A DNA stretch of 64,000 nt from Chloroflexota bacterium (GCA_965218195.1 OZ244593.1:1204873-1268872), one strand, 5' to 3'; numbered from the stretch's first letter, positions 39,409 through 49,083 are shown. Made by a program: numbers and translations. Notes: generated by a model from the letters alone, not told the origin.

Positions 39409-39983
39409 TGGAGATTGTTACGTATTACGGACAGCGCCGCCGACTCCCCCGGAAACAGGCCCGCGAGCCGGTCGGACAGGTTCAGGAGCAGCTGCCCGAT
39501 CAGGGGGTGGCCGTGCGCCAGAAGATGCGGAACGTATCCGACCTTAAAGCGGCCATTGGGCATGTGAAAAGTCACAATCTCGCCGTCTTCCAGCACCCGG
39601 ACGGGAGCGCCAATGAATGGCGACGTTGAGGTGACGCCGTGAAACGCCGTGTCGTCGCGGCTCAACATGCCCAGCGCAATGATTCCCACCAGCGTCGCCG
39701 TATCAGCGTACCGGTCCGGCGTTAGACGGTCGGACTCGATCTGCGGCCTGATTCGAGGTCCCGCCGAACCGAAGTCCGGGTTGAAGAGGATGGTGTCGAA
39801 AACGACGCCCACCAACTCGGACGCGGCGTCCTCCATGCCGACGGCGACGAGAGTCCCAAACGCGTACCGCGCCGCGTCGGGCGGATCGGCAACTTCGCCC
39901 CTGGCCAGGACCTGGCAGACGAACTCGACGTGAGAATTCGATTTGACGATGGCGCCTATTTCCAGGTTGCCTATCTCCTCCAT
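39378..39983 (-). CDS. Hypothetical 201-aa protein between nurA and herA, overlapping both. Possibly a small beta-barrel (HAS-barrel-like) N-terminal fold.
   Basis: The ORF overlaps the nurA stop by 13 nt and the herA start in an ATGA arrangement. N-terminal LEIGAIVKSNSHVEFVCQV...GTLVAV...VGVVFDTIL has alternating hydrophobic beta-strand character. No known motif recognised. Confidence 0.45.
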   Translation of the reverse strand: MEEIGNLEIGAIVKSNSHVEFVCQVLARGEVADPPDAARYAFGTLVAVGMEDAASELVGVVFDTILFNPDFGSAGPRIRPQIESDRLTPDRYADTATLVGIIALGMLSRDDTAFHGVTSTSPFIGAPVRVLEDGEIVTFHMPNGRFKVGYVPHLLAHGHPLIGQLLLNLSDRLAGLFPGESAALSVIRNNLQWKLKVEQAR

Positions 39984-41161
39984 AGCTTGCTTTCGTTCTT
40001 AGGCCGCGGCCGCCGCCGGCGCAGCGGGCTTGAGTCGGGGAACCGCTGCTCGGCGAACTGGCGGAAAATGTCTCGAAACCTGTCCCTGTCGCGGGCAGTC
40101 AATACCGCAACCGCGTCGGCGGTTTCCAGCGCGTACGGGTAACCGCCGCCTTGCGCCACGATTTCGGCGCGAATCGCGTCCACCAGTTGCTCCAGCTTTC
40201 CGGAGCGCAGAATCCAGCCCGGAAACTCCAGCCTTGCCGGCAGCGCGCCTAGGCTCGAACGAAGATAGACGAAATGAACGTCGGTCTGCCGGCTCCGTTT
40301 ATCGTAGTTTTCCAGCCCTTTGGCCCTGGCGCAAACGAACGCTGGGGTCCGCTGGAGCCAGTCGCTTTCGGGCAACAAGACGCCGTCGATCAGGTGGGTT
40401 GGCGATCTGTCGTCGAGCCACGAGTACATTTGCGACAGATCGCGGGCGCGGCTGGAATCCAGATAGCCGACGACGGGCGTCCGCGTTTTCTCGGACGCCT
40501 CCATTAGGTCCAGAACGGATTCCACATACCGGGGGCGCAGACTGGTGGCGAACGAGACCACCAGACTCCCGTCGAAAATGGCGACTCTTCGGCCAGGCTC
40601 GTCCACGCGCGACTCCATCCACTCGATCAGGGTCTCAATTTCCAGGCGATGCCTGCGCTCGTTCACGGCGTCCTGAAGCGCTACGTCGTCCGAATCGTTT
40701 GCGAGTAAATCGTGCGGTAAAAGCGGCTTGAATCTGGTCGACTTTTTGTAGTCGTCTTTGCCGCGATGGGGATTCTCGAACATGCCGACCCGCACGGCGG
40801 TTACGGGGACGCTCCAGTCGCCGGACGGATATATCTGGCTGCCGTCAACGGCCAGCGTCGTGACGCCGGTCAACGCGCGCTCCGCCCACTGGCTCCACTC
40901 GCGTCGGCTCGCGTCGGATGGCAGTCGGGTTTCAAATGGAAGCCAGCTTTCCATCCCTGGGGCCCACTCCGGCGACGGGTAGGCGCCGTGTTTGCCGGAG
41001 GGCCATTCGAGCTCGGCGTTGAGGTCGTCAGCCTCACGGCCAAGCGCGGCCCTGGCCGACTTTCGCAAACGGTCGCGCTCGCGGAGGAGCTCGCCGCTCG
41101 ATTGCGATAGCTCATCGGCGTGGTCTTCCAGGAATTGCCAGACCTGGGCGGCGTCGATCAT
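39971..41161 (-). CDS. nurA: NurA-like 5'-3' nuclease (RNase H-like fold).
   Basis: TTLAVDGSQIYPS matches the catalytic VDGS motif of NurA. C-terminal GGGYPYALETADAVAVL resembles the conserved NurA tail. It is wedged between the rad50-like and herA genes. Confidence 0.6.
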   Translation of the reverse strand: MIDAAQVWQFLEDHADELSQSSGELLRERDRLRKSARAALGREADDLNAELEWPSGKHGAYPSPEWAPGMESWLPFETRLPSDASRREWSQWAERALTGVTTLAVDGSQIYPSGDWSVPVTAVRVGMFENPHRGKDDYKKSTRFKPLLPHDLLANDSDDVALQDAVNERRHRLEIETLIEWMESRVDEPGRRVAIFDGSLVVSFATSLRPRYVESVLDLMEASEKTRTPVVGYLDSSRARDLSQMYSWLDDRSPTHLIDGVLLPESDWLQRTPAFVCARAKGLENYDKRSRQTDVHFVYLRSSLGALPARLEFPGWILRSGKLEQLVDAIRAEIVAQGGGYPYALETADAVAVLTARDRDRFRDIFRQFAEQRFPDSSPLRRRRPRPKNESKLWRR

Positions 41162-41197
41162 CGGTTCGGGTTCATCCGGGCAAGTTCGCGGCGGAAT

Positions 41198-43999
41198 TCA
41201 CTGACGCCGAACACGCGAGACGCCGTTTATTTTCTCGACGTGGATCACGGATTGCAGCAGCCGCTCGAAGGTGTCGTCGTGACTGATCACGAATAGCTGG
41301 GAAAAGCCGGTAATACGCTGAATCTGTTCCGCCAGATTTTCCCTGCGGGTGGCGTCGAGGTTTTGGGTGGGTTCGTCGAGGAAAGCGGTGTCGATTCGAA
41401 GCAGGTCCCTGAGCAGGGCCAGTCTCACGGACAGCGCCGCGGTTATCTGCTCGCCGCCGGAGAGCTGTCGAAACGACCGGCGGTAGCCGCCGCTCTCGAG
41501 CCAGATTCCGTATTCCTCGTCCCATTGAAGCGATTGATCGTAGCTGCCCATGATCTCGCAGAATATCTCGTTTGCCGCGTTCGAGACTCCGAAGACCATG
41601 GCCTTCGTTACCTCCGGCCCCGCGTCGCGCAGCGAGTTGCGGATGAGCCGCGTTATGCGTTGGAGCGTCTCGGTGTGTTTGATTTTGGCGAAATTCGCCT
41701 CGAATTCCCGCTGAACCTCCAGCAACTCCAGCCGCTGCTCTTCCAGCAGCTTCAACTCGGCATCAAGCTGCTCCCGACGGCCGTGGAGCGCGCCGACCTG
41801 GATCTGTATGGCGCTCTCGTTTTCGCGAGCTTCGGTCAGACTGTCGGGATCGAACTGCTTTTCTCGCCTCTCAAGCAGCCGCCTGGCACGCTCGACCGCC
41901 TGCCCGGCCTCGTCGATTTTGGCGCGAGCGGACTCGCGCTCGTCGATCAGCACGGGCAGGTTGCTGGCAAGGGCGCTGTCCTTCAAATGCCGTTCGTGCG
42001 CCCGAAGCAACGTTTTGAGGGAACGCCGCAGGCTATCGACTCGTTCGGGCGTGTTTACCAGCGGTGCGATTTCCTCGCGCAGCGAGGCCACCTGTGAATC
42101 GGACAGCGCCACGGCATCCCGGGCCGTGGCGAGTTCGTCTTCAATTGATTGGCGCTTGCCAAGCTCCGATCGCGCGACTTGAAGACGGGTGCGCGGGTTC
42201 GGGTCGCCTAGCTCTTGAATACGCTTCACAAGCGCGGCAGCTTCGGATTCCGCTTCCAGGGCTTCGGACTCCGCGGCCCTGGCCTTGAGCGCCCGGGCGC
42301 CTTGCGCCTCCATGCGCTCGGACAGCGCCTTGATCTGGTCCTCCCAAACCGCGATCCCGGCCGCCTTTTCTTTGGCGGCGCGGGCAAGCCGCAACCGCAG
42401 GCGGGTTTCGTCGAGGATGGCTTCGAGCTCGGTCCGTTTGACCGGATCGGCGGCCTGGACGCGGACGCCGTAAAGCTCGACGAGGCGCGCGCCTCGCTCG
42501 ATTGCCCGTCTCAACGCCAGTCGCAGTCGGTGCAGGTCCGGTTCCCGGTCTGTGCGCTCCGGGCTGGACTCGATGCGCTGTTCGACGCCGGCGAGTTCCA
42601 GGCGCTCTTCGGCTACGCGCCCCGCGAGGCCGTCGACGCTCGAGCTGAAAAGTTGCAGCTCCTCCAAAGCGGTGTCCACCGAGGCGATGGACGCCGAAAG
42701 ATCGACCATCCGCCGCTGGAGACCATCGACCTGCGCGGCAAGCTGCCTGCCTTCACACGCATCGGCGGCCATGCGCTCGTATTTGTCCTTACCCGCGATT
42801 TGCTCGGCGAGTTCCGACTCGATTTGCTTCAATTGTTCCCTTGCGGTCCCAAGTCCGGCCGCTCGCTGGCGGGCTTCATTGAGCCGGTTCTCGATCTTCG
42901 ATTGCGACTTGACTGCTTGTTCCAAGGCCGGCAACCGGTCTCGCAGACTGGATAGCTCGTCTAGCTCGGCTTGAGCCCGTTCGCCGCGCTTTTGGTCGAT
43001 GTTCAGTTTGGCTTCGAGCACGCCGATTTCAGCCGAAAGACGCTGGAATTCGCCGAACCGCTCCTGCTCGATATGGAAGCGCTTTTCGGTTGACCGGTAT
43101 TCGGCGGACCGTGCGCTTGAAGCGCGTGCCCGTTCGGCGGCCCTTTCGGCCTGGCGTACCCTCGCGGCGGCCGCATCAAGCGACTCCTCGCGCAGCTTCA
43201 GAGTTTGCGAGTTGGCGCGCATCTCCGATTTCAGACGGTCGATCGACTCCTTGCGGGCGTTGAGACCGGCGGTTACGGCTCTGGCCTCTTTCAGTTCTTC
43301 GACGGCCTGATCGAGAAGCGTCGCAGCTTCACCGGCGGCGGTCCCTTTTTCCGCGATTGCCTGGACGACGCGAGGCAAGTCCTTGAGCCGCTCTTGCAGC
43401 GCCGCCAGGCTTTCACCGAGTTGCGTTTCTTGGTTTTCCAGCAAGTTCAGGGGCTGCCTTAATGCGTCGAACGCGGCGCGAAAGTCGTGGGTGCCGAGCA
43501 GCGGGTCGAACTTTCTCTTGCGCGACTGGGGTGTGTCGATGAAGTCGGCCGTGAGCCTCCCCTGGGGGACGCCGCTAACGTCGGCGAATATCGATTTGAG
43601 ATCGACGGCGCTGTCGCCGAATCCCAGACTCCGCCGAAGCAACTTGTCCACCTCCTCCCGGCCCTCGGCCAAAGCGCCGCCGCGTTTGGCGTCCATCAGT
43701 TTCGGAGTAGTGGACATGACGCCCGCTCGACTCTTTCGCAGCGACCGCACCGACTCATACTCTCGACCGTCCAACGGAGAGATGAACCCGACCCGTATTT
43801 CGGCGGACGTTTGCCCTTCGCGCATGAGCCCCGCGAGCGGGCCGTCGGCAAAACCGAACAACGCGTAGCCGACGGCCTCGACGATGGTCGACTTACCGGC
43901 GCCGTTTTCGCCGGAGATCGCCGTAAGACCCGGCGAAAGGTCGATGTACTGTTCGTCATAGCTTTTTACGTTTTTGAGGTAAACGCTAGTTATTTGCAA
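41198..43999 (-). CDS. Rad50/SbcC-like SMC-family ATPase with a long coiled coil and no CXXC zinc hook.
   Basis: N-terminal Walker A LTAISGENGAGKST. C-terminal ABC signature LSGGEQ and Walker B AFLDEPTQNLD...ISHD. The ~700-aa middle is coiled-coil heptads. Only two Cys in 933 aa, neither in a CXXC. Confidence 0.8.
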   Translation of the reverse strand: MQITSVYLKNVKSYDEQYIDLSPGLTAISGENGAGKSTIVEAVGYALFGFADGPLAGLMREGQTSAEIRVGFISPLDGREYESVRSLRKSRAGVMSTTPKLMDAKRGGALAEGREEVDKLLRRSLGFGDSAVDLKSIFADVSGVPQGRLTADFIDTPQSRKRKFDPLLGTHDFRAAFDALRQPLNLLENQETQLGESLAALQERLKDLPRVVQAIAEKGTAAGEAATLLDQAVEELKEARAVTAGLNARKESIDRLKSEMRANSQTLKLREESLDAAAARVRQAERAAERARASSARSAEYRSTEKRFHIEQERFGEFQRLSAEIGVLEAKLNIDQKRGERAQAELDELSSLRDRLPALEQAVKSQSKIENRLNEARQRAAGLGTAREQLKQIESELAEQIAGKDKYERMAADACEGRQLAAQVDGLQRRMVDLSASIASVDTALEELQLFSSSVDGLAGRVAEERLELAGVEQRIESSPERTDREPDLHRLRLALRRAIERGARLVELYGVRVQAADPVKRTELEAILDETRLRLRLARAAKEKAAGIAVWEDQIKALSERMEAQGARALKARAAESEALEAESEAAALVKRIQELGDPNPRTRLQVARSELGKRQSIEDELATARDAVALSDSQVASLREEIAPLVNTPERVDSLRRSLKTLLRAHERHLKDSALASNLPVLIDERESARAKIDEAGQAVERARRLLERREKQFDPDSLTEARENESAIQIQVGALHGRREQLDAELKLLEEQRLELLEVQREFEANFAKIKHTETLQRITRLIRNSLRDAGPEVTKAMVFGVSNAANEIFCEIMGSYDQSLQWDEEYGIWLESGGYRRSFRQLSGGEQITAALSVRLALLRDLLRIDTAFLDEPTQNLDATRRENLAEQIQRITGFSQLFVISHDDTFERLLQSVIHVEKINGVSRVRRQ

Positions 44000-45263
44000 C
44001 GTCGAGAATTCCGGCGCGCTCGAGCTCGGACGTCAGGGATTCCAGAAGAGACTCCGGCGATTCGGATTGAATGGACTGGGACTTGAGCCGGGCCGCCACG
44101 GCGGCGAGCTTGCCGGCGTGGGGTGCGAATTCGTCGTACTTTTCGAACATCTGCGTCAGGACGCTCCGCTCGATCTCGCTGCGCGTTCGTTGAAGGTCGG
44201 ACGCCGTCGATTCGCCGAGCTGCCGGTTATCCGTGTCCAGCACGACTCGGGCAATGAGGCAATCGAGCTTTTCCTGGAGGATTCTTTCGTAGCGGCCCGG
44301 TTCGACCAGACCGCGTTCGAATCTAAGCAGACCGGACAGCCGCAGTTCGACGATGGGACGTTCGGAACGCGAGTCCTGGTGGTCCTCGGCGAGTCTGGCG
44401 ATTGCCTCGGCAAGCTCCCCGGGCGTCGAGTATGAGTCGATTTTGATGCCCAGCTTTAGATATTTGCGGGCGAACGCAACGTTGCTGATTAGTCGAGCCT
44501 GCTGTTTGGGCGACGCGGCTGTATCGACCGTCACGTCATAGAAACCTTTAAGCCGCCCGACCTCTCGCGAGCTCCAGTTTTCGAGCGCGCCGGGACTGAA
44601 AAGCAGCGGCTCCTCGTCCGCGCCGTCGGGCAGGCTGAACGCGTGATGGACGTGTCCCAACGCAACGTAGTCAATGACGCCGCGAAGCACCAGCAGCTCG
44701 GCAGCGGTGCAGCCGCTGTGCAGATAGTCCACCTTGTCGTCGACGCCCGTGTGCAGGAGACAGATCGAGTGTTCGATGCCGGATGACGGCAGCTCCGCGG
44801 CGAGGCCGACGAAGCGGCGGACTATTTCCGGGAGCCGGGCGCCGTAATAACCGATCCCGAAAATGCGCACCCCGTTGAGGTCGAAATAGGTCCCTCCGGT
44901 TTCCGCCCGCCACGGACGGACCCCGACCCCGTTCTGCTCGCGGGTAATATCGAGCAGATGCAAAAGGCCTTGCCGCTCCAGGTACCAGACCCAGGTTCTG
45001 GCTCCATGCCGAAGGAACTTCTCGTGATTTCCCTCGATTGCGAAAACGGGTATTCCGGCTCTGGCAAGCCGTCGAAGGCCCGTAGCGGCGACGTTGAACG
45101 TCTCGGGATCGACGGTTTTCTGTTCAAACAGATCGCCGGCGATCAGCACGAAGTCCACGCCGGCGTCAATCGAGTATTTGACGACATCGCTGCAGGCACG
45201 GGCGAAGTCGATGGCGCGCTCGGCCCGGCCGTACTGCTGTTTGCCAAGATGGACGTCGGCCAT
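43986..45263 (-). CDS. sbcD: Mre11/SbcD-family calcineurin-like phosphoesterase nuclease.
   Basis: Motif I MADVHLG (DxH), motif II LIAGDLFE, motif III IEGNHE, and further His motifs. 425 aa. Its 3' end overlaps the rad50-like start by 14 nt. Confidence 0.85.
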   Translation of the reverse strand: MADVHLGKQQYGRAERAIDFARACSDVVKYSIDAGVDFVLIAGDLFEQKTVDPETFNVAATGLRRLARAGIPVFAIEGNHEKFLRHGARTWVWYLERQGLLHLLDITREQNGVGVRPWRAETGGTYFDLNGVRIFGIGYYGARLPEIVRRFVGLAAELPSSGIEHSICLLHTGVDDKVDYLHSGCTAAELLVLRGVIDYVALGHVHHAFSLPDGADEEPLLFSPGALENWSSREVGRLKGFYDVTVDTAASPKQQARLISNVAFARKYLKLGIKIDSYSTPGELAEAIARLAEDHQDSRSERPIVELRLSGLLRFERGLVEPGRYERILQEKLDCLIARVVLDTDNRQLGESTASDLQRTRSEIERSVLTQMFEKYDEFAPHAGKLAAVAARLKSQSIQSESPESLLESLTSELERAGILDVANN

Positions 45264-45304
45264 GTGGACGAACCGGAACTTAATGGCAATACTCCGTAAT
45301 CTTC

Positions 45305-46207
45305 ATGGCCGAGGCGCTGGGGACGCCGCTTATGAGTGACACTAGCCGGATCGTAGCCGTGACGGGAGGCGCCGGGCGGGTTGGCAGGCTGCTGGCCTCC
45401 AATCTTGGCACCTTGGGTCACACCGTGAGAATACTAGACCTGCCCGGGGCTGATTTCGTGGGGCTGGAGAAGTTTGCGACTCTGCCCGGGGATATCTGCG
45501 ACTACGGATACATGCAGTCCGCGCTGGCTGGCGCGGACGTAGTGGTGCATCTGGCGGCGCTGCTCCCGCCCATCGCTGAAGAAAGGCCGGAGCTTACTCA
45601 TCGAGTCAACGTGGAAGGAACAGAGAACACCCTCCGCGCCATGGACTCGATGGCGGGCGCGGGCGTGCTGGTTTTCAGCTCGTCGGTTGTCGTCTACGGC
45701 AACACTCAGAGCATGGAACCGCCCATAACGACCGATGCGCCGCTCAGGGGCGCGGGCGCTTACGCCGAGAGCAAGATTGCCGCGGAAGAGGCGATGGCCG
45801 AATCGGGAAGGCCGGCGGTGATTCTTCGCATATCCGGGGTATCCGTTCCCGACTTCCTGCTGCCTCCGGAAGTTTGGCCTTTCACCGCCGATCAGCGTAT
45901 GGAGTTCGTTCAGATAGACGACGTGGCGGCGGCCCTGACTTCGGCGGCGGACGGCGACTTCGCCGCCGGGACCGCCGCTCATAACATCGCCGGAGGCGAA
46001 AGCTGGCACTTGACCGGCCGCGGGTATTCGGACGCCTACCTAGGGGCGTTCCAGATTCCATCGGAAGAGGGTAGGTTTTTGGAGCGGTCAGAGGCCTTCG
46101 ACTTCTACGACATCGATTCCGCGGTCGAAGTCCTTGGCTTCAGTCCGACACCATTTGGGTACTTTCTCTCGGCGCTGGAATCATCGATCGCTAAAGCCTT
46201 GAGTTGA
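45305..46207 (+). CDS. NAD-dependent epimerase/dehydratase family protein (SDR).
   Basis: VTGGAGRVGRLLASNL Rossmann motif and a YxxxK-type region. 300 aa. Confidence 0.7.
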   Translation: MAEALGTPLMSDTSRIVAVTGGAGRVGRLLASNLGTLGHTVRILDLPGADFVGLEKFATLPGDICDYGYMQSALAGADVVVHLAALLPPIAEERPELTHRVNVEGTENTLRAMDSMAGAGVLVFSSSVVVYGNTQSMEPPITTDAPLRGAGAYAESKIAAEEAMAESGRPAVILRISGVSVPDFLLPPEVWPFTADQRMEFVQIDDVAAALTSAADGDFAAGTAAHNIAGGESWHLTGRGYSDAYLGAFQIPSEEGRFLERSEAFDFYDIDSAVEVLGFSPTPFGYFLSALESSIAKALS

Positions 46208-46590
46208 GAGTTGGGTCGGCAGTCTGGGCGAGGCTTACGCACTGCTCTTGGCTTGTGGCGAACGGCTTTTCGGTGAGCACTCGGTAGCCAGCTTCGATTG
46301 CGGCCATCGTCGAGGGTAATTGTGTGGTGTCGTTGGATGCCTTGATCAGGGTGGGGGCAAGCCGCTGGCAGTCTGCAAGGTCTTCCCAAGACCGGAAGGA
46401 CGGCTCCATGGGGATGTCGTGGGCCCGTGCGATGCGTGTCCTCAGCACTTCGCTCGGCTAGGTCGCGGCGACGATGCGGAGTTGATCGGGGTAGTCGAGG
46501 GCGTCTAGGCCGAAGTTACGGTATCCCCTCCGACCGACGCTTATGAGTACGGCGTTTACAAGACCCCTTGGGGTCATTTCGGCTGGCTCG
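46191..46590 (-). pseudogene. Gfo/Idh/MocA-family oxidoreductase remnant with an internal stop and a C-terminal truncation.
   Basis: The minus-strand translation gives MTPRGLVNAVLISVGRRGYRN...RIVAAT, then a stop, then ...FRSWEDL...AAIEAGYRVLTEKPFATSQEQ (the EKP family signature). It ends after ~130 aa where ~350 are expected. Confidence 0.55.
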
Positions 46591-46606
46591 CGCTACGGAG
46601 GTAAAT

Positions 46607-47854
46607 CTATGTGTCGCGGGTGATGCCGTTCTTGTCAATGGCCGACTTGACGTTCCTGGCGAATTTGGTCAGCTCGCCGTCGGCGGGGATGTCGTCGCCG
46701 GCAAGCCGCTCCTTGAACTGCTCGAATAGCCAGTCCTCTCGGCGGCCATGCGGGAGGTCGAAAAAGCTCCGCTCGAAGTAGGGAAGCTGGCCGGGGCCGA
46801 AGTAGCCTTTGTCGTGCAGCGAGTAGCCTTCAAGCTCGTCGGCGCCCTTGCCGAGCACCTCGCCGGTCTCTAGGTAGTGGTTCATCACAGCAGGCATGCC
46901 GAACTTCTGTATCGGACAGACCTTCATGCAGATACCGCAACCCTCGTATTTGGCCATTACGGGGCGGCATCGCTCGTAGATTAGTTTGTTCTTCTCGGCG
47001 CCGCGCCACCATACCTTATCTCCGACGAGGGCTCGTCCGGGGCAGCGTTCCACGCATACCAAGCACTTCTGACAGAAGGCGTGAATGCCATAGTCCACCG
47101 GCTCGTCGTACTTCACCGGTGCGTCGGTAGTGATCATCATCAGCCGAGCTCTGGAGCCGAAGTGTGGGGACAGGAGCTGGCCGTTGGCCCCAAGCTGCCC
47201 GAGGCCAGCGGCGACGAACATAGGGATCACTGCCGCGCTCGGATCGCGGGGGCTGTGAAGCTGCGCGTGGTAGCCCTTGTTTCGTATAAGCTCAGCGAGC
47301 CTGCCACCCCTTTCGCTCTCCAGTTCATAGGTGCCGTAGTGGGCGTGCTCGGCTTCAAGGCTGGGAAGGCTCTGGGTCTGGTCGTAGTCTTGCTCCATCG
47401 CTAGGCAGATGGCGTGGGGAAACTTTGCCCAGCTGCGCTTGCATTCGTAGACATAGCGGCGGTCGAACCTGGTGAAGCCGACCTCTCCGAACCCGAGCTC
47501 TCGGGCCTTATGCCGGATGTCTTCGGTGAGGTCTTCCCCCTCCTGCGGGGTACCTGACGGCTTCACGTCCGCCGAGACGTCGGCGGAGTCAACGAAGGGC
47601 TTCATCCGCTCGTCGTGGCCCCTGATGTAGTCGGCCACCTCGGGTGAATATACCGACCACACCCAGTCCCTGTCGGCGCCCCTCTCGATGTTCTGGCTTT
47701 CGAGGGGGTCTACGCGGCTGTAGAACGAGACGTCGACCTCGCGGAGAGGGATGCCCGGCGTGGTGGCCAAGTCCTCGGCAACACGTATTTCGACGTCCGG
47801 GTCTCCGTATGCTCGCCCGGGTCGCTTAACGGTATGGCTTATGGGCTTGGCCAT
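46607..47854 (-). CDS. QueG / reductive-dehalogenase-superfamily iron-sulfur protein (possible epoxyqueuosine reductase-like).
   Basis: Two CxxCxxCxxxCP motifs (CQKCLVCVERCP, CGICMKVCP). DIRHKARELGFGEVGF resembles the QueG/DUF1730 N-terminal region. The extra ~110-aa N-terminal region is atypical for QueG. Confidence 0.5.
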   Translation of the reverse strand: MAKPISHTVKRPGRAYGDPDVEIRVAEDLATTPGIPLREVDVSFYSRVDPLESQNIERGADRDWVWSVYSPEVADYIRGHDERMKPFVDSADVSADVKPSGTPQEGEDLTEDIRHKARELGFGEVGFTRFDRRYVYECKRSWAKFPHAICLAMEQDYDQTQSLPSLEAEHAHYGTYELESERGGRLAELIRNKGYHAQLHSPRDPSAAVIPMFVAAGLGQLGANGQLLSPHFGSRARLMMITTDAPVKYDEPVDYGIHAFCQKCLVCVERCPGRALVGDKVWWRGAEKNKLIYERCRPVMAKYEGCGICMKVCPIQKFGMPAVMNHYLETGEVLGKGADELEGYSLHDKGYFGPGQLPYFERSFFDLPHGRREDWLFEQFKERLAGDDIPADGELTKFARNVKSAIDKNGITRDT

Positions 47855-48095
47855 GACACCTCCCTGTGTAGGGCTGTCATAGTCTACGACGCTGGCAGTG
47901 TATGACTAGGGAGATTAGGTGGTCAAGCGTGGTTTCGTGCCGCTGTTTTGAATTATGGGAGAGGGATCCACGAGCGGCATAAATAGGACTGTTGCGGCCC
48001 GATCCCTGGTTGCTAGGTGGGGCGACTATTCTGTGACTGCGATGGGGTGATGTAACCTCTCTGAACACATGGGGTCAATGGAGGCGAGGTGACGT

Positions 48096-48500
48096 ATGGC
48101 CGTCATAAAGAAAGAAGTGGAAGGCGTCGATATCTATCCGGACGAGCCGGGTCGAGTCGTCCGCAAAGATCTTGTAGGCCCCGAAGACGGCGCGCCCAAC
48201 TTCTCCATGCGCCAGTTTCACCTCTCGCCCGGATCGTCGACGCCCGAACACTCGCACGACTGGGAGCACGAAGTATTGATAACCCAGGGCGGCGGGACGC
48301 TCGTGCACGAGAGCGGGAACTCGGACTTCGCGGCGGGGGATACGGTTTACGTGCCGCCGCACGAGCTGCACCAGTTCCAAAACACGGACGATGGACCGCT
48401 TGCTTTTATCTGCGTGGTGCCGAATTCCGGGCACGTGGCGGGACTGACGCGTGAGGAGCGCGATCGCCTCGCGGCTGCCGGGATCGACTGCGACGGATAG
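48096..48500 (+). CDS. Cupin-domain protein.
   Basis: 134 aa with the two-His cupin motifs (HSHDWEHEVL and GDTVYVPPHELHQF). Confidence 0.65.
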   Translation: MAVIKKEVEGVDIYPDEPGRVVRKDLVGPEDGAPNFSMRQFHLSPGSSTPEHSHDWEHEVLITQGGGTLVHESGNSDFAAGDTVYVPPHELHQFQNTDDGPLAFICVVPNSGHVAGLTREERDRLAAAGIDCDG

Positions 48501-48607
48501 AGTTTTTAGGAGAATTTAGCTCTACGAGCCAGAGCCTGCGTTTAGAATTGAATAACGTGAGTCGCACGGTCACATCGACGACTACGGGCTGAGCGACAGT
48601 TCGAGCT

Positions 48608-48805
48608 TTGGAGGCTTTTGCAATGAAGCTGATCGTTGGATTTTTGACACTTATCGGCTTGGCGGTGGTGCTGGTGTTTCTGGCCGCAATCGGCCTGTTT
48701 GCCTTCGACGAGGTAAAGCGGAAGATGGCGGAAGACGACTCCTCTTCGGTAATGCCGCCGGCTCCCGAAAAAGAAGAACCTGCCGCGGAGGGCCAGGCCA
48801 ACTAA
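48608..48805 (+). CDS. Small hypothetical membrane protein (65 aa).
   Basis: One TM helix (LIVGFLTLIGLAVVLVFLAAIGLFAF) followed by an acidic tail. Codon usage is consistent with its neighbours. Confidence 0.35.
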   Translation: MEAFAMKLIVGFLTLIGLAVVLVFLAAIGLFAFDEVKRKMAEDDSSSVMPPAPEKEEPAAEGQAN

Positions 48806-49083
48806 GGCCGGATTGCCGCCGGTCCCCCGGACCGCCGCGCGCCCCGGGGGATGCTTCGCGGGGACTACGGTAGGAGCGGACTGGCTTTTTCCGGGTTCCA
48901 GCCCCGAATTGGATTCGGGATAGGCTATTTGCTCGAATAGCGGCGAGGGCGTGGATGGCGCGCGAAGCCGGGCGCGGACCAGGTCTGGGTTGAATTTCCC
49001 GAATCGATAGCTCTCAGCGGCGAATGCGGAGTTTCGGGAAACTATCGGCTGAACTCGAACTATTGATCTGAGATTGAGGCATT

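Noticed and set aside
46607-47854. Considered calling the Fe-S protein a respiratory reductive dehalogenase (RdhA).
   Set aside because: No Tat signal (RRxFLK) and no rdhB anchor gene. The DUF1730-like segment fits QueG better. Left as a QueG/RdhA-superfamily call.
48990-49045. Interleaved inverted repeats (TTTCCCGAA/TTCGGGAAA and CGATAG/CTATCG) upstream of the alpha/beta-hydrolase gene. Possible pseudoknotted riboswitch-like element.
   Set aside because: No match to any riboswitch consensus I know. It could simply be alternative hairpins. Too weak to call.
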